The translations under genes were made by a program, and so were the position numbers. A DNA stretch of 64,000 nucleotides from Flaccisagitta enflata (lineage: Eukaryota), in the NCBI GenBank assembly GCA_965153355.1, contig OZ231126.1, positions 11,160,001 to 11,224,000 on the forward strand, given 5' to 3'. Positions within the stretch are counted from its first letter, which is position 1. Each line of letters begins with the position of its first letter. The notes under the pieces were generated by a model that worked only from the letters and a program-made list of their open reading frames with translations, was not told the origin of the DNA and made no database searches. Shown piece after piece: positions 19,172 to 36,025 of the stretch.

Positions 19172-19292
19172 TCCATCATTTTTTTTTCTCTCTGCCTGTT
19201 TACCTTCAACTTCAACATCATCATCAACAACAATTACAACCACAACAACAACAACCACAACAACAACAACAACAACCACAACAACAACAACC

Positions 19293-19377
<85 letters not shown>

Positions 19378-19739
19378 CTCCTTAGTCATCGTCGATGAAC
19401 CGCTAAGATAGCGTTACCTCGCTACGAACGTGTACATCGCCATGAACGGGTACATCGCTTTACTTTTCGAATTTCTAGACGTTACGAATGAAGCGTCGCC
19501 GGTATGCCACTTCCGTTTTAATCTTGTCTCTTTTTCCCTTTATACATGTCCCGTTATACCTGCCCCTTTTTTCTCTCTCTGATTGCCTCTGATAAAGACC
19601 CCTCTTAGTAACTATTTTGCAACCGGTGGCGGTGCTAGCGTTGACGATTCGTCTAATCAAATCTGATTTTTGCCGGTGACGTAAACTTACTGAACATCAA
19701 TTTCTCACTCTGTCTCACTATCAAGTAGGCCATGCCAAC

Positions 19740-22203
19740 CTGCAAGTTGTTGGTGAGAAGGTCGTCTTCGTTGAAGGCGACATCCTCTCCGCAGCCCTCG
19801 GGCAAACTTCCGTCGATTCCATACTGAAACGAGGCCAAGTAGGCCAATAGGTGCGACGTGTGGATCGTCGAACGAATGCGTTACCAACCAACCGACAAAC
19901 CGACCGACCAACGGACACAGCCAGTTATAGAGGTGCTTTGTCGCACCTAAAAAGGTTTCAACCACCAGGTAACGACTGTTGGGGCGACATTGCTTCAATA
20001 TACGTCACAGTGCAAACGAGTACGCAATTTAACAAGTCAAAACGATTTGTACGGTATTTTTTATTTCATCTATACAAGGATTTTTCATTGAGATAAAGGA
20101 TTTGTGGTTGGTAATCATCAATTTTTTGCATAGAAAAACGTTTTTCTGTACCATGTGCTTAGGAAACGTGAGAAAAAAGGAAGCGAAATTGATGGATTTT
20201 TTACAAAAATGGATTCTTGTGCAATGACATGTCTCGCGTAAAAAACCGAATCTGTCTCTAAATTCAAAATTTTGCCTTTTGAAAAACATGGCATCAGTCA
20301 AAACACTTTTAAGAAACAGGCCATGTGTTTAGAAATGCAAAATTTTGCATTCAGAGACAGATTCGTTTTTTTACGTGGCAACATCTAATGTTTTCCGTGC
20401 AATCATTTTTATAGAATTCTGTTGTTTCACTGTGTATGCTGCGACTTTACCCATGCGAGGTCAATACCATTGGTCAGTTGACTGTTTTATTATTAATCTA
20501 GGGAGTATAAAGTATGCATAAGACTTTAGTTTTTGTTACATTTTCGCTGCATAGCAGCGTATTCCATCACAGAACACAACGATTTGTCAAATTGGACGTT
20601 GTTCTGCACCACGACATACTGTATTTGTGATTTTTAAAAAATGTATTCATACAAATTAGATTTACGGCTCGTTCGCCGTCTACCATTTCTATTGTAGTAC
20701 TTTTCTTGATTCTTACATTTTCCAAATCCACGCGACTTTGCTCGTTAAATGACACGCGCTGAAAAGATAATAAGTGGCTTTATGTAATATATAGTATACA
20801 GCAGAATGTTTCGTTGTTGTGAATTAGGCATTAATTACTATCGATCTAATTTTGGTATATGGTAAATTCTGCGCTCGTAAGCAATTTGCTTGGTATTTCC
20901 TTCTTTTTTTCCCTACTCTTTTTATCTTTTTTCTAACCGGCAACAAGGAAGACGACAACGGCGACGACTCTCTCCGGGACGTCAGCGACACGTCGTAGTC
21001 GACGTCGGCACTAAAACTCTGAGAATCCTGTAAGATGTTGATATACAACTATTAGGACAACTTAGCGTCAATATGCTTTATAAGTGACTATCATGAGTAT
21101 TATGCATACAAATTTACGGTTCGTACGGCTTTCATGTACTTTTCTTGATTCTTACATTTGAACGTCTTTGAGATTTCACCGCGCTCTGAAAAGATGAAAA
21201 GCGGCTTTGTATATCGCATACAGCAGAAAGTTTTGTTTTTGTGAGTTAAGCATGATGATCACAAATAACTTTTTTAGACGGAAAATTCTTAGCTTTCAAG
21301 CAATTGGCAAAGTGTTCTTTCTTTCTACATATATTCTTCCTAACCGGCTTAGGCGATGCATCGACATTAAGCGCAGCATTGTAACGACCTGGAGAGACGG
21401 GCAACGTGGCCAGGAAGAGGAAATAGATAGAGATCATTCATTTCACTTCAACTTTGATACTCTCTTTTTCAAATATTTCATGTCTGACAAAGCACGTTTA
21501 CAAAATGTCATCTAGTCCATCTATCGAACTGTCAGTCGGTCGGTTTCATTGAAATGTTATATGACTTGCACCGTTAAAATGATTTGATGATAATACATTT
21601 CGTTCTCGCGTAGAAATGGACGGCTGGGATAGATATACAAACCACTTTTCGCGGTACTTCAGTGGCTGTATGCGTGGACCTGAACTTTAACTAGAGACCA
21701 AAGGTAAAAAGAACCTCCTATCCCGTAAAATTCTCGTATCTTTTCTGTGAACCTACCGATGCTTTCCCGCACCGCCGGCGCCAAGAGTCGCGATGCCGAC
21801 TCGCGAAGCCGACCACTCACGCGAGGCTGCGACACGATGGACGTCACGACCGCTACTTCCTCAGAACTGTTTTGAAACAAGGAGTCGAAACAATGAAATC
21901 TTCCGTTTCCCCTCGCGGATTTTTCGTCACTGACCAACTAGGATCGTTTATGTCTGGCTGGATACATTTTTATATTTTCTATCACGGTCGCACATTCTAA
22001 CAACCACGTGTCGCCAATACCTGTGGAAAACTTACGCGGTATGCAAGACAACGAAATGAACCTATATCATGTCATGCTCGCAACCTTTTCACAAACATCT
22101 TGTAGATCGCAAAAATCTACCAAGTCAACAAGCCCAATCCGACAACGATGCGTCCTTAACCCAAAATTATCATCGTCCTCACAATTGTCATCAACGTGCG
22201 CAG

Positions 22204-22251
<48 letters not shown>

Positions 22252-22258
22252 TATAATT

Positions 22259-22321
<63 letters not shown>

Positions 22322-22367
22322 GACTTCCGCATCCTCCTCCTCCTCCTCCTCCTCCTCCTCCTCCTCC

Positions 22368-22432
<65 letters not shown>

Positions 22433-22513
22433 GCATTCGTCGCTGTCACAAGATAGCGGACCGGGGTGTCGAGAAGGATCTTTTTTCAAATACTTCTTTA
22501 GCTTCTCTCTCAA
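19740..22513 (-). CDS. Exon chain A of probably the same unknown gene (acidic tract, micro-exons)
   Basis: Exons ~22513-22085 (poly-D/E, least certain), 21937-21757, 21388-21345, 21185-21156, 21027-20938, 20758-20717 and 19823-19740 (YGIDGSLPEGCGEDVAFNEDDLLTNNLQ) join in frame. The last ends in phase 0, which matches the exon at 15061. A possible extra exon lies at 20618-20540. Confidence 0.6.
20150..20473. mobile_element. Degenerate foldback MITE in an intron
   Basis: CGTAAAAAACCGAATCTGTCTCT..CAAAATTTTGC..AAACATGGC pairs with GCCATGTGTTT..GCAAAATTTTG..AGAGACAGATTCGTTTTTTTACG. The outer ends are approximate. Confidence 0.65.
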
Positions 22514-22799
22514 TTCTTGAGCATTAAGGAGTCATTTTAAAAAATGAACTATCTCTGAACTTGATTTCGATGACAATGTTCACTGACTAAAAAGAAATCG
22601 ATTTTGTCATCAGCGATTTAGTAGTTGACATTCCGAGGGAACCACTTAGTGAAGTTTTCCATGTTTCTATACAGGCGAAGGCTTTGAGGATGCGCGGAAC
22701 TATTGGTTGATGCCTCGGATTGTATATACAACCGTCAAAACGTAACAAGCTTTGTCGTTGCTCTGTCTCACCCCGTAATCTGGGGTGAGATTAAACTTG

Positions 22800-23005
22800 G
22801 TTACTTGGGGTTGCTCGGGGTTGCGTGGGGAACTTCTTAATTCTTAATTATCTACAAGAGACAATTCTAAGCCAACCCAGAGGAACCCTAGGATTGCTCG
22901 GGGTTTGCTTGGGGAAATCCTTCAATTATTTAATAGAGACAATTCTGAGCCAACCACGAGCAACCCCGAGCAATCCCAGGGTTGCTCGGGGTTTCTCGGG
23001 GTTCA
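22800..23005. repeat. ~85-bp tandem unit with palindromic GGGTTGCTCGGGGTT / AACCCCGAGCAA motifs
   Basis: GAGACAATTCT(A/G)AGCCAACC is repeated at ~22858 and ~22936, and TTGCTCGGGGTT occurs three times with one inverted copy. Confidence 0.7.
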
Positions 23006-23707
23006 TATATTGGCTATAACAGAATTCCATTTATAACAGACAAAATTTGTTTGTCCCTTAAAATCCGTTAGAGCGGGGTTTTACTGTAACTAGTTATGAT
23101 GACGACACGTAGTTATGTCACGATATGTCAAACTTATCGATCGATCGATCGACGATTCATTAACTCATTCATTCATTCCTTTATTCCTTCAATAATTCGT
23201 TCATTCGTTCATTCATTCATTCATTCATTCATTCATTCATTCATTCATTCATTCATACGCTTATTCATTCATTCATTGATTCAATCATTTGAATCATTCA
23301 TTCATTCATTCATTCGATTTATTCATTCGTTCATTTAAACAGAAAAAAAAAGACTCCTTTGTCAACCCCAATTTGTCATCAAGAATCAAGATGGCGTTGT
23401 TATGTCGTCAAGGAGAATCATGCGCTCATCTAGTCACCTTACTGCTCTATAGTCTAATCGCGCCCTAGTTTATTCATTCTTTCATTCATTCATGCATTTA
23501 TTTAGTCTTTCATTCATTCAATCATTAATTAAATGAGAAAATCATGTCTTAGCATCGCCTCATCGATGTTCTTATTTCACTCACGTCCTAAGTTCTACTT
23601 AGGCCATAAAAAACGCAATCTACATGCACAGGGATAAAGGTACATTACTGGTCAAGGAGTGCTGCTCTCTTTAGTCGTAAATGTCGTAAATGCTGGGAGA
23701 AAAAAAA

Positions 23708-23955
<248 letters not shown>

Positions 23956-24099
23956 AAAAAAAAATGAAATTATAAATATATCTGAATTGAGGGCGAAAAA
24001 GCGCAATTCATTCGTCGGTAAGGTCTAGAATTCAGGCGTCCTTTTCTCTGAAAACTGCCGCAACTACTCGTCGTCGTCCGAGGAATTTTAAGGCTAAGC

Positions 24100-24440
24100 T
24101 CCCACATAGGAAAGGTTCAATCGCAATACGCCGATAACATCGCCATCTTTAAATCGTCTCGCTATCGCCCGAAACAGGCACAAGAGGACAACAACGAGGC
24201 ACGTAAGAATCCGGCAAACCAAATTGGCGCAGGCGCTAGAAAAACGCGTGCTCACTTTAAAAGTAGACGTACAACAATTCAACAGAGCCGTTGCAAATTC
24301 CATATGGTAGTTTTGCGTCATTGCAAACCATGTGACGTCCGGAGCTGACGTGTGGCTTGACATCGTAGAATTACGTTTTGCGGCGGGAGGGGCGACAAGA
24401 CGGCTAACGGGTCCGATTTTCCCTACAGGGTCGTTCGACC
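24100..24440 (-). promoter_or_regulatory. Candidate promoter/5' region of the minus-strand unknown gene
   Basis: CpG-rich unique island upstream of chain A. It has clustered CRE/ATF-like sites (TTGCGTCA 24313-24320, CATGTGACGTC 24329-24339, TGACGTG 24346-24352) and a YY1-like CGCCATCTT (24141-24149). Confidence 0.3.
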
Positions 24441-24449
24441 GGCGTCAAT

Positions 24450-24483
<34 letters not shown>

Positions 24484-24667
24484 ACACAAAGACAGACAGA
24501 CAAACAGAGAAACAGACAGACAGAGAGATTCAACAAACGCGTGATGGTGAATGACTGGCTAACACCTGACCTGCAGCTGCATCATGAAAAATCTGGTGAC
24601 GTATGCCATTCACGAGAGGGGCAAATTTCTTGTCAACCTATGTAACCACTTTCTTTCTTTCCTATTC

Positions 24668-24710
<43 letters not shown>

Positions 24711-24921
24711 TCATTCTTTCTTTCTTTCTTTCTTTCTTTCCTTCCTTCATTCTTCATTTTCGTTTATTTCTGAGGCTGTCCGTGAATTTAACTTTTGCTT
24801 TTCCTCCTTTTTCCTCCTCTTCTGTTCATTCGTTCTCTTCAAAGAAAAGATCCATTGGTTCAGCTGAAACCGACATCTAAAGTTGCAAATAAACATTAGA
24901 CAAAAGAACAACTGCGTCGAC

Positions 24922-25023
<102 letters not shown>

Positions 25024-25272
25024 ATTGCTCTTTTTTTTCTATTTTTAATCGCGGACAAGCGACTGTATAAGAGGCTTTGTCCGTCCGTCAGTCGGTCGGT
25101 CGGTCGGTCGGTCGGTCGATCGGTCGGTCGGTCGGTCGGTCCGTTGGTAAGCACGAGTTGAAAAGTGGAAAAAACAGCGTTTCTGCCCCTGCCCACCCGT
25201 CCGCGACTGGTATTGGCCGTTTATCCGGCCTTGTTCTTTCTTTCCTTGTCTCTTTCTTTCGTTTTGTCTTTC

Positions 25273-25404
<132 letters not shown>

Positions 25405-25436
25405 ACTTACTTTCCTTGTCTCTTTCTTTCGTTTTG

Positions 25437-25490
<54 letters not shown>

Positions 25491-25495
25491 ATTTA

Positions 25496-25588
<93 letters not shown>

Positions 25589-25685
25589 TTTTATGAAACC
25601 GACTGAAAGGTTCGCCATCAAGGTTTGGAGGATAAGCACGTTATCTTACTTCAAATCTCTCTACGCAAATTTGCCAAGGCTAATT

Positions 25686-26088
25686 AAGTCATAACACGCG
25701 CGGTAGCGGTTACAATTTTTCTATCTCTCGTGAACATTCTCTGTCTCAGAATAGTTTCGCTTTTACGGCTATCAAGTATTGGAACAGTCTTCCAAATAGT
25801 ATTAAATGTATCGACGGTTATCAAGTCTTCAGACGGAAACTGAATCAGTTTTTATTCTGTATGGTTTAATCTTTTGTTTTACCGGACGGACATATCTTTA
25901 CGAAAATGGCTTCTTACTTATTCTTCCATTTTAATCGATTTTGTTTTCTGTTATGAATTTTACTTTTTTAATGGACCCCTTTGGAAAAAAAATCGCTTAA
26001 TTAGACTCTCATGGGCTATTCATGAGACTAGCATTTTTACAACTCGTAATTTTATGCCTTGTTCTCTAAATAAAATTTATTCATTCAA
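25686..26088 (+). mobile_element. 5'-truncated L2/CR1/Crack-type LINE (ORF2 C-terminus + 3' UTR)
   Basis: 25687-25869 translates SHNTRGSGYNFSISREHSLSQNSFAFTAIKYWNSLPNSIKCIDGYQVFRRKLNQFLF*, with the HNTR and WNSLP..IK motifs. It ends with AATAAA and an ATTC-repeat tail. Confidence 0.8.
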
Positions 26089-26510
26089 GGCAAAGGTTGA
26101 CAATCAATCTGGTCACACCAATTATTGAACGTTCCCATGTATTCTTATTATTCAAATAGAATGAATGAACTTATTATCAAGAAGGTGATAAATTTTTTAG
26201 CTACGTCTACGGAATGCTACGTCTAGAAGATGACAATAATTTTTGATACCTCTATTTTCCTACTTCCATCCTGCCCACAATCCACAGATGCGACCTAGCT
26301 TTTTTATTCCTAATTTTTCCTTTCCATCATTCATCGATTCATTCATTTATTCATTCTTTCAGTCATTCATTCATTCATTCATTCATTCATTCATTCATTC
26401 ATTCAGTCAATGATTGAATCCATTGATATCAATTGATAATTCAATCTTTCATGCATGCATTCGATCACTTTTTTTGCAAGCGTCATCACATCACTGTAAC
26501 GGAGTACATG

Positions 26511-28033
26511 CACTCTTTTCTTTGACTAAGAACCTTATTTATAAGAACATTGAGGCTCAGATGTGGAAAGAAATATGAACAATCATAAGAATATCGTCAG
26601 CCTCACAACATAAGGGATTATAAGAACATTCTTCCTTTTTTTGCTCTAGACTAATAAAGAAATTGCTGCAAACTAGAAGAATCATGACTCTGTTATTGTA
26701 ATGGTTGACATCAATTTAACTTACCATCTTGGCCATAAAGATTGGGACAGTAGGTGTATAAGTTAATTTGTTGACCAGAAGTGAGCAGCAAACATATCAA
26801 AATGCATCTAATGTTAAGTATGTCCATGCTGGGCATCCACCACCACCTGCGCCATGATGGGAGAAAATTCAAACTGTTGAGAGTTATAAATCGTCCTACA
26901 CAAGCTATAACTCATTTTTCTCAAAACCAATTGGCCCCGGTAAACCGGAGTAATTGAATCCGAATAATTATGAGTGCAGAGAACAGTTTTATTCAAGAAA
27001 TATAAAGCGCAAAAGGTAGTCTTAGCTCAATTTGCATAACTAAAAAGTCAGAAATTAAGCTCAATCTCAGCCCATAGTTAATTGCGCAATTACGCGCGTC
27101 AGAGTCATCGTTATATCAGGGAGTAAGACAAGGAAAAAGGGTGAAAATTGATCAACATTGAGGATCCTAGAAGATCCTGATTTTTTTCCATCACTTATGA
27201 ATCTGATTGATTGTGAGCTGCGTACGCTTTGGCATGGATTTTAGAGAGACTTGAGGTACTCTAGAGTGATGTAATTTCAAACGTTTAATGTAATTCATTT
27301 CAGCCCTGCTTTGAATGTCGTTTTCCAGTGTTTCTGCACTTTTTTCTGTTTGAATCTTTCAGTTCAGAATTGAATTGAGGTCCAGATTGATCTGGGCTAA
27401 CCCTAGACAAGCTTAACTCATCGATTTTTCAGTACATTTGGCGCAATGCGCCAGCGCACCATCTCCAATAAACAAACAAAAATTTGCCCATCACACTTGC
27501 AAAAAGCAAATGTTTCCTTCTTTCAGCTCTCATTTCTAAACGGATAAACATACAGGAACCAGCACGGTCTCATTAGATAGATGTTTTGAAAAAAAAAAAT
27601 CATCTTACTGCGATTAAAATTAAGGAGTTATGACACTTTAAAGTTGTCCGGATCTTTATGGCCAAGATGGTACACTTAAATTTGATTTGTTTGTGATTAA
27701 TATATTGGTTTTTTCAACCTTTCAATTGGTGATCCGAGTTAAATAACCAAAAAAAGAATATTCTTATATAAGCTGGCAATTAGAGAAAAAAACATCCCAA
27801 GAACAATTCTAGCCTCAAATCGCTCTAAAAATAAGAACATCGAGCCTCAGAAAACAAGGCCATATACACGGCCACCAGTTGCAGACGGGTGGGCAGGGGC
27901 AGAACTGCGCATTTTCCCACTATTCAACTCGAGCGTTATGGACCAACGGACTAACCGACAGATGGACAAAACCTCTTATAGAGCTGCTTGTCCACAACTA
28001 AAAATAACATATTCTTATAAAAAGAAAAGAGTG
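26511..28033. mobile_element. MITE (CACTCTTTTCTTT TIR) carrying two nested insertions
   Basis: 13-bp TIR CACTCTTTTCTTT / AAAGAAAAGAGTG with right flank TA and repeated TAAGAAC motifs. Contains 26724-27670 and a HINE at ~27852-28004. Confidence 0.65.
26724..27670. mobile_element. Tc1/mariner-type element remnant
   Basis: TA TSD; TIR CCATCTTGGCCATAAAGAT is perfect for 19 bp (24/26 overall). Weak minus-strand traces (DLNSI..., SMPKR) resemble a decayed Tc1 transposase C-terminus. Confidence 0.75.
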
Positions 28034-28189
28034 TATGTCCTTTCATCGGTTACTCAGTATGACGCATCGAATTGCCTGGTTGGGCTCGCTCACTCAGTTT
28101 GCTCACAGTTAGAATACCCGAATATGTTTTAACGAGTCACATGGAAAAAAGTGTTAAACTCGTTTGGTAGACTCGTTTTTTTTTTCATC

Positions 28190-32030
<3,841 letters not shown>

Positions 32031-32851
32031 CTGTGTTTACAAAAAAGAGTTTTAAGTCGCGTGCACGCGACTCTACAGACCGCTCTGTCCGTCGGTCCAT
32101 CGGTAACTCTTTGCCTTTTTGGCGTTTATGGGCGGTTTTGGGGTTACAGCTCCTGCATAGCTGGTCTACTCAGGTGTGTCAAATACGACTGATAGCTGAG
32201 TTTGAGACCATAACGCTGACACAAGATGGGGCTGTTGATTTTAGAACGATCGCCGATTTCTTTTTTCCAAAATTCCATCGGCAACCGTTTTTTTTTCCGC
32301 GATCGAAATCTTATGCAATGTCTGCACTCTCGTTTGCCAAGAAACAAATTGATAAACTAAAAAATACCATCTTACTGTTTAATCAAATTTGATATGATTA
32401 ACTTAGACACTTTTCGGTGAAACTTTAAAGAGGAAAACAGCATTTAAAAGTAATTGGAAAGCCCACTATACAGGGTCTTTAAATCGGATTGACTTTTTGT
32501 AAACCTTTATAAATCATTGAATCAAACACTATTGGGAGAAAAGTAGCCGTGTATCCGGCTTTGTTTTTTTTTGTTTTTGCAAAACAGCGCCCATAAATCG
32601 AGCTAAAACGTTGAGGACAGAAAGATGCGCGCGACTTCGAGAAAACAGGTGATAAGGGGAAGTGGAGGTGGGGGAAAGGTGAAATGGATAACCTATCAAT
32701 GGATGACTTATCATGACACCAGCCTCAAAGTGCGGTTTGAAAATTGAAAAGGAAAGCAAGAAAGTAGGAAAGAAAACTATGACAGAAAATAAAAAAGAAA
32801 GAAAGAGAGAAAGAAAAAAAGGAGTGAACGAAAGAAAGAAAGAAAGAAAAA

Positions 32852-32883
<32 letters not shown>

Positions 32884-32904
32884 AAAAAAGAAAGAAAGAA
32901 AGAT

Positions 32905-32971
<67 letters not shown>

Positions 32972-33706
32972 GAGCAAGAGAAGGGGAGAGAGAGAATCAT
33001 AGAAAATGAATGAACAAGCCCGACCGGGCAACAATGCGTCCGGGCTGTGTTTCTGCGTGTATTGATCGTGTGACGTATATGGAGAGAAAGAAGGACGAAC
33101 AGACGGGTGATTCGACAAAGTACAGTAGTAAAGGAGGCTCTTAAGACATGTTGGTTTATCATTTATTTCAGTATAGTATCTCACAGTGGCCAAAAACAGC
33201 CAAGACACGCGGTTTTTGCACTTGCGTAACATACATACCGATGGACGGACGGACGGACGGACGCATCTAAAAACGTACTTGTAATTGGACGTAAGAGACA
33301 ACCGAAAGATAAACGAAGTAGAATTTTTTTTTTGTTTGTTTTTTGTTTTTTTTTTTTGTTTTTTTTTTGTTTTTTTTTGTTTTTGTTTTTAAAGAATGCG
33401 CGAATTTTTTTTTTTTTTTTTTAAGAATGCGTGAATGAATTTTTTTTTTTTAGGGGGAATTTGTTCGAGAATCGGTATCGAAAATAGTATCGAAAAGAGT
33501 ATCTTAAAAAAGAAAGAAGAATTTCTAAGCGCCATATTTATTAGTCGTGATGAGTTACGAATTATGTCGTTGTGTATTGCACAAAAATCTATTGTTCTTT
33601 CATTCTCATTTCTCATTTCTCGTTCTTTTCTGTCTAATTACTAATGACGATTTAAAAGACCATATACCGAATATACCAAATACCATATACATGATATGCC
33701 TAATGT

Positions 33707-33782
<76 letters not shown>

Positions 33783-34009
33783 GAGAGAGAGATTTTATGC
33801 TCGTAAGTGCATTCATCACATGAAAACAAATTGTTTTAGAGGTGTAAGACAATCACATGCACGATTTGGGCTACATTGAAAAAAAAAACTGAGTTGGCAG
33901 GCTAAAAAAATGCACAAACTTGTGTAAAAAAACCTGGGCAATCCAACTTTGGTATTTTTAGAGCCCTAAGAGGGTCTGTTTAGAAACGTTTCTCCCCCAA
34001 AAAAAAACA

Positions 34010-36025
34010 AAAATGGCCATTTTTGAGTATTTTTGACTGAAATTTTTTTCTTTGATGAGGGCCAACAGTTTAAATTCATAGCTGGGGATGCCTCATGAAG
34101 TAACATACAAGGAAAATAATAATCATGACGGTGTGGCAACTGTGGGGTACCTACTACTTAGGCCATAAAAAACGCAATCTACATGCACAAGGATAAAGGT
34201 ACAATACTGGTCAAAGAGTGCTGCTCTCTTGAGTATTTTCGAAGTGTTTTCGTGTGAGGAGTTAAAAAAACTTGGCCCCAAAAGGCTATGATGAGCCGTT
34301 TCAGAGATATCAACCAATCTTTGAAAAAGTTCCATTCTGAAACTCACACAAAACTTGCCCATTTCTAGTTAAGCTACCTTCAAATAGGTTTCTGCAAAAC
34401 AAACTCTGTCACCAGTGCCATTTTTCCTCTCCATTATTGCCCCTAGTAATAACAAAAGGTAAATCAGTTAAGGAGTTAAGGTCCTGGTATCATTAACTAC
34501 CTCTAGGATAAAGTAGAAACCTTAAAAGTTATTGACTAAAACACTTAAATTTGGGATCCCGCTTTGAGTGAACATGTGGGCAAAACCTTTTTAATCCTTG
34601 CTCAAATACGGCTCATGACACCTGCTTCAGCTCAGAGGGTCAAAATGAATACTAGTCCTAAACATTCATGCTCTCCTCCAAAGATTTGAAGAGCTAAATT
34701 ATAAAAAAATCAAGTCTAATTTGGAAAATTGCGTTTTTTATGGCCTAAGTAGTAAAAGGGCTCAAAAAGGGGCCCCCAATGCAAAAAATAAATAGTTTTT
34801 TATTCATTGTGGCTACAGAAATAGTCAGATTCCCTTCAAATTTGAAATGGAAGTTCCTAATTAATGCAACTGCCATCGTGAAAAATTTTGCGGCCCTCCC
34901 TGAACGGCTTCATAGGGAAATTTAGCCCCAAATACCAAAAATCGCTTAAAAAAATCATGTTTTTGAGTTCATTGACCTCAAAACATTACTAAAAAGTCAT
35001 GGAACCCTGACTACTATTTTTTAAATATAACATCTTAAGAGCTTCCCCAAAAAAATTTCAGACCATATTTCCAAAAAATGGCTGAGATATGACCATTTGA
35101 AGTGACGTGGTAAAACTGAAAAATGCCTAGAATGGTCATTTTTGAGTTTATTTGGATAAAATTTGGTGGAAAAGTGGCCCCCAACAGTTTGAATTCAGTG
35201 TTGGGGGTGCTTCATGATGTAAGGGTCTAGGAATATAAGAATCAGGATGGTTATTCTAAAATAGGGTATCTACCTAAAAATATCTTTAGATCATGGAACT
35301 AAAATTTTTAGTTTTGGACACGCAACTCTTTAAAAGGCTTTGCGCGCCTGTCCATCTGTAGGTCCGTCCATCATACCGTCTGTTGGTCCTTCTATTGGTC
35401 CGTCCATTGTTGAGTCGGTCCGTTGGTAAGTTTTGTGCAAGTCCTTTTTTTCCTAGACTCTTACATTATGGAGCACCCCAACATGGAATTCAAACTGTTG
35501 GGAGCCACTTTAGTTAAAAAATTTTAAAGAAATTACAAACAAAATTACCATTTTTGGTATTGATCACTAATACCATGATACTTACAATGGCCTTTATCAG
35601 TCATTTTTGGAAAATATGACTGAAGTTTTTTGTGGAACCTCTTAAGATGTTATATTTGTAAGATAGGAACAATTATTGGGTTTCATGACTTTTTATATAA
35701 AGTAAATGAACAAAAAACATGATTAATCTTTTGCGATTTTTAGAATTTGGCCCAAATTTCCATATGAAGTCTATTTGGGGGGGGGGGCCAAAAAGTTTTA
35801 CATGAAGGTTGTTGCATTAATCAGAAGCATCCATTTTAAATTTGAAGGAAATCTAACTATTTTTGTGACCACAATGAGTAAAAATTAATGTGTGGCATTA
35901 GGGGCCCTTTCTGGGCACTTCTAGGTACCCCATAGTAGTCCCAGCATCATAATTCTTATATTCTTAATTTGTTACATCATGAAGCACCCCAAACATTGAA
36001 TTCAAACCATTGAGGGCCACACTCA
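34010..36025. repeat. Large diverged inverted repeat (foldback) with internally repeated arms
   Basis: ~34040-35235 (after removing the 34154-34752 MITE) is the diverged reverse complement of ~35450-36025. The motif CAACAGTTT(A/G)AATTCA..TGGGG.TGC.TCATGA.GTAA occurs twice per arm. Confidence 0.7.
34154..34752. mobile_element. Tc1/mariner-type MITE with perfect 25-bp TIRs
   Basis: TA|CTACTTAGGCCATAAAAAACGCAAT ... ATTGCGTTTTTTATGGCCTAAGTAG|TA. A near-identical copy of its first ~75 bp lies at 23596-23671. Confidence 0.88.
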
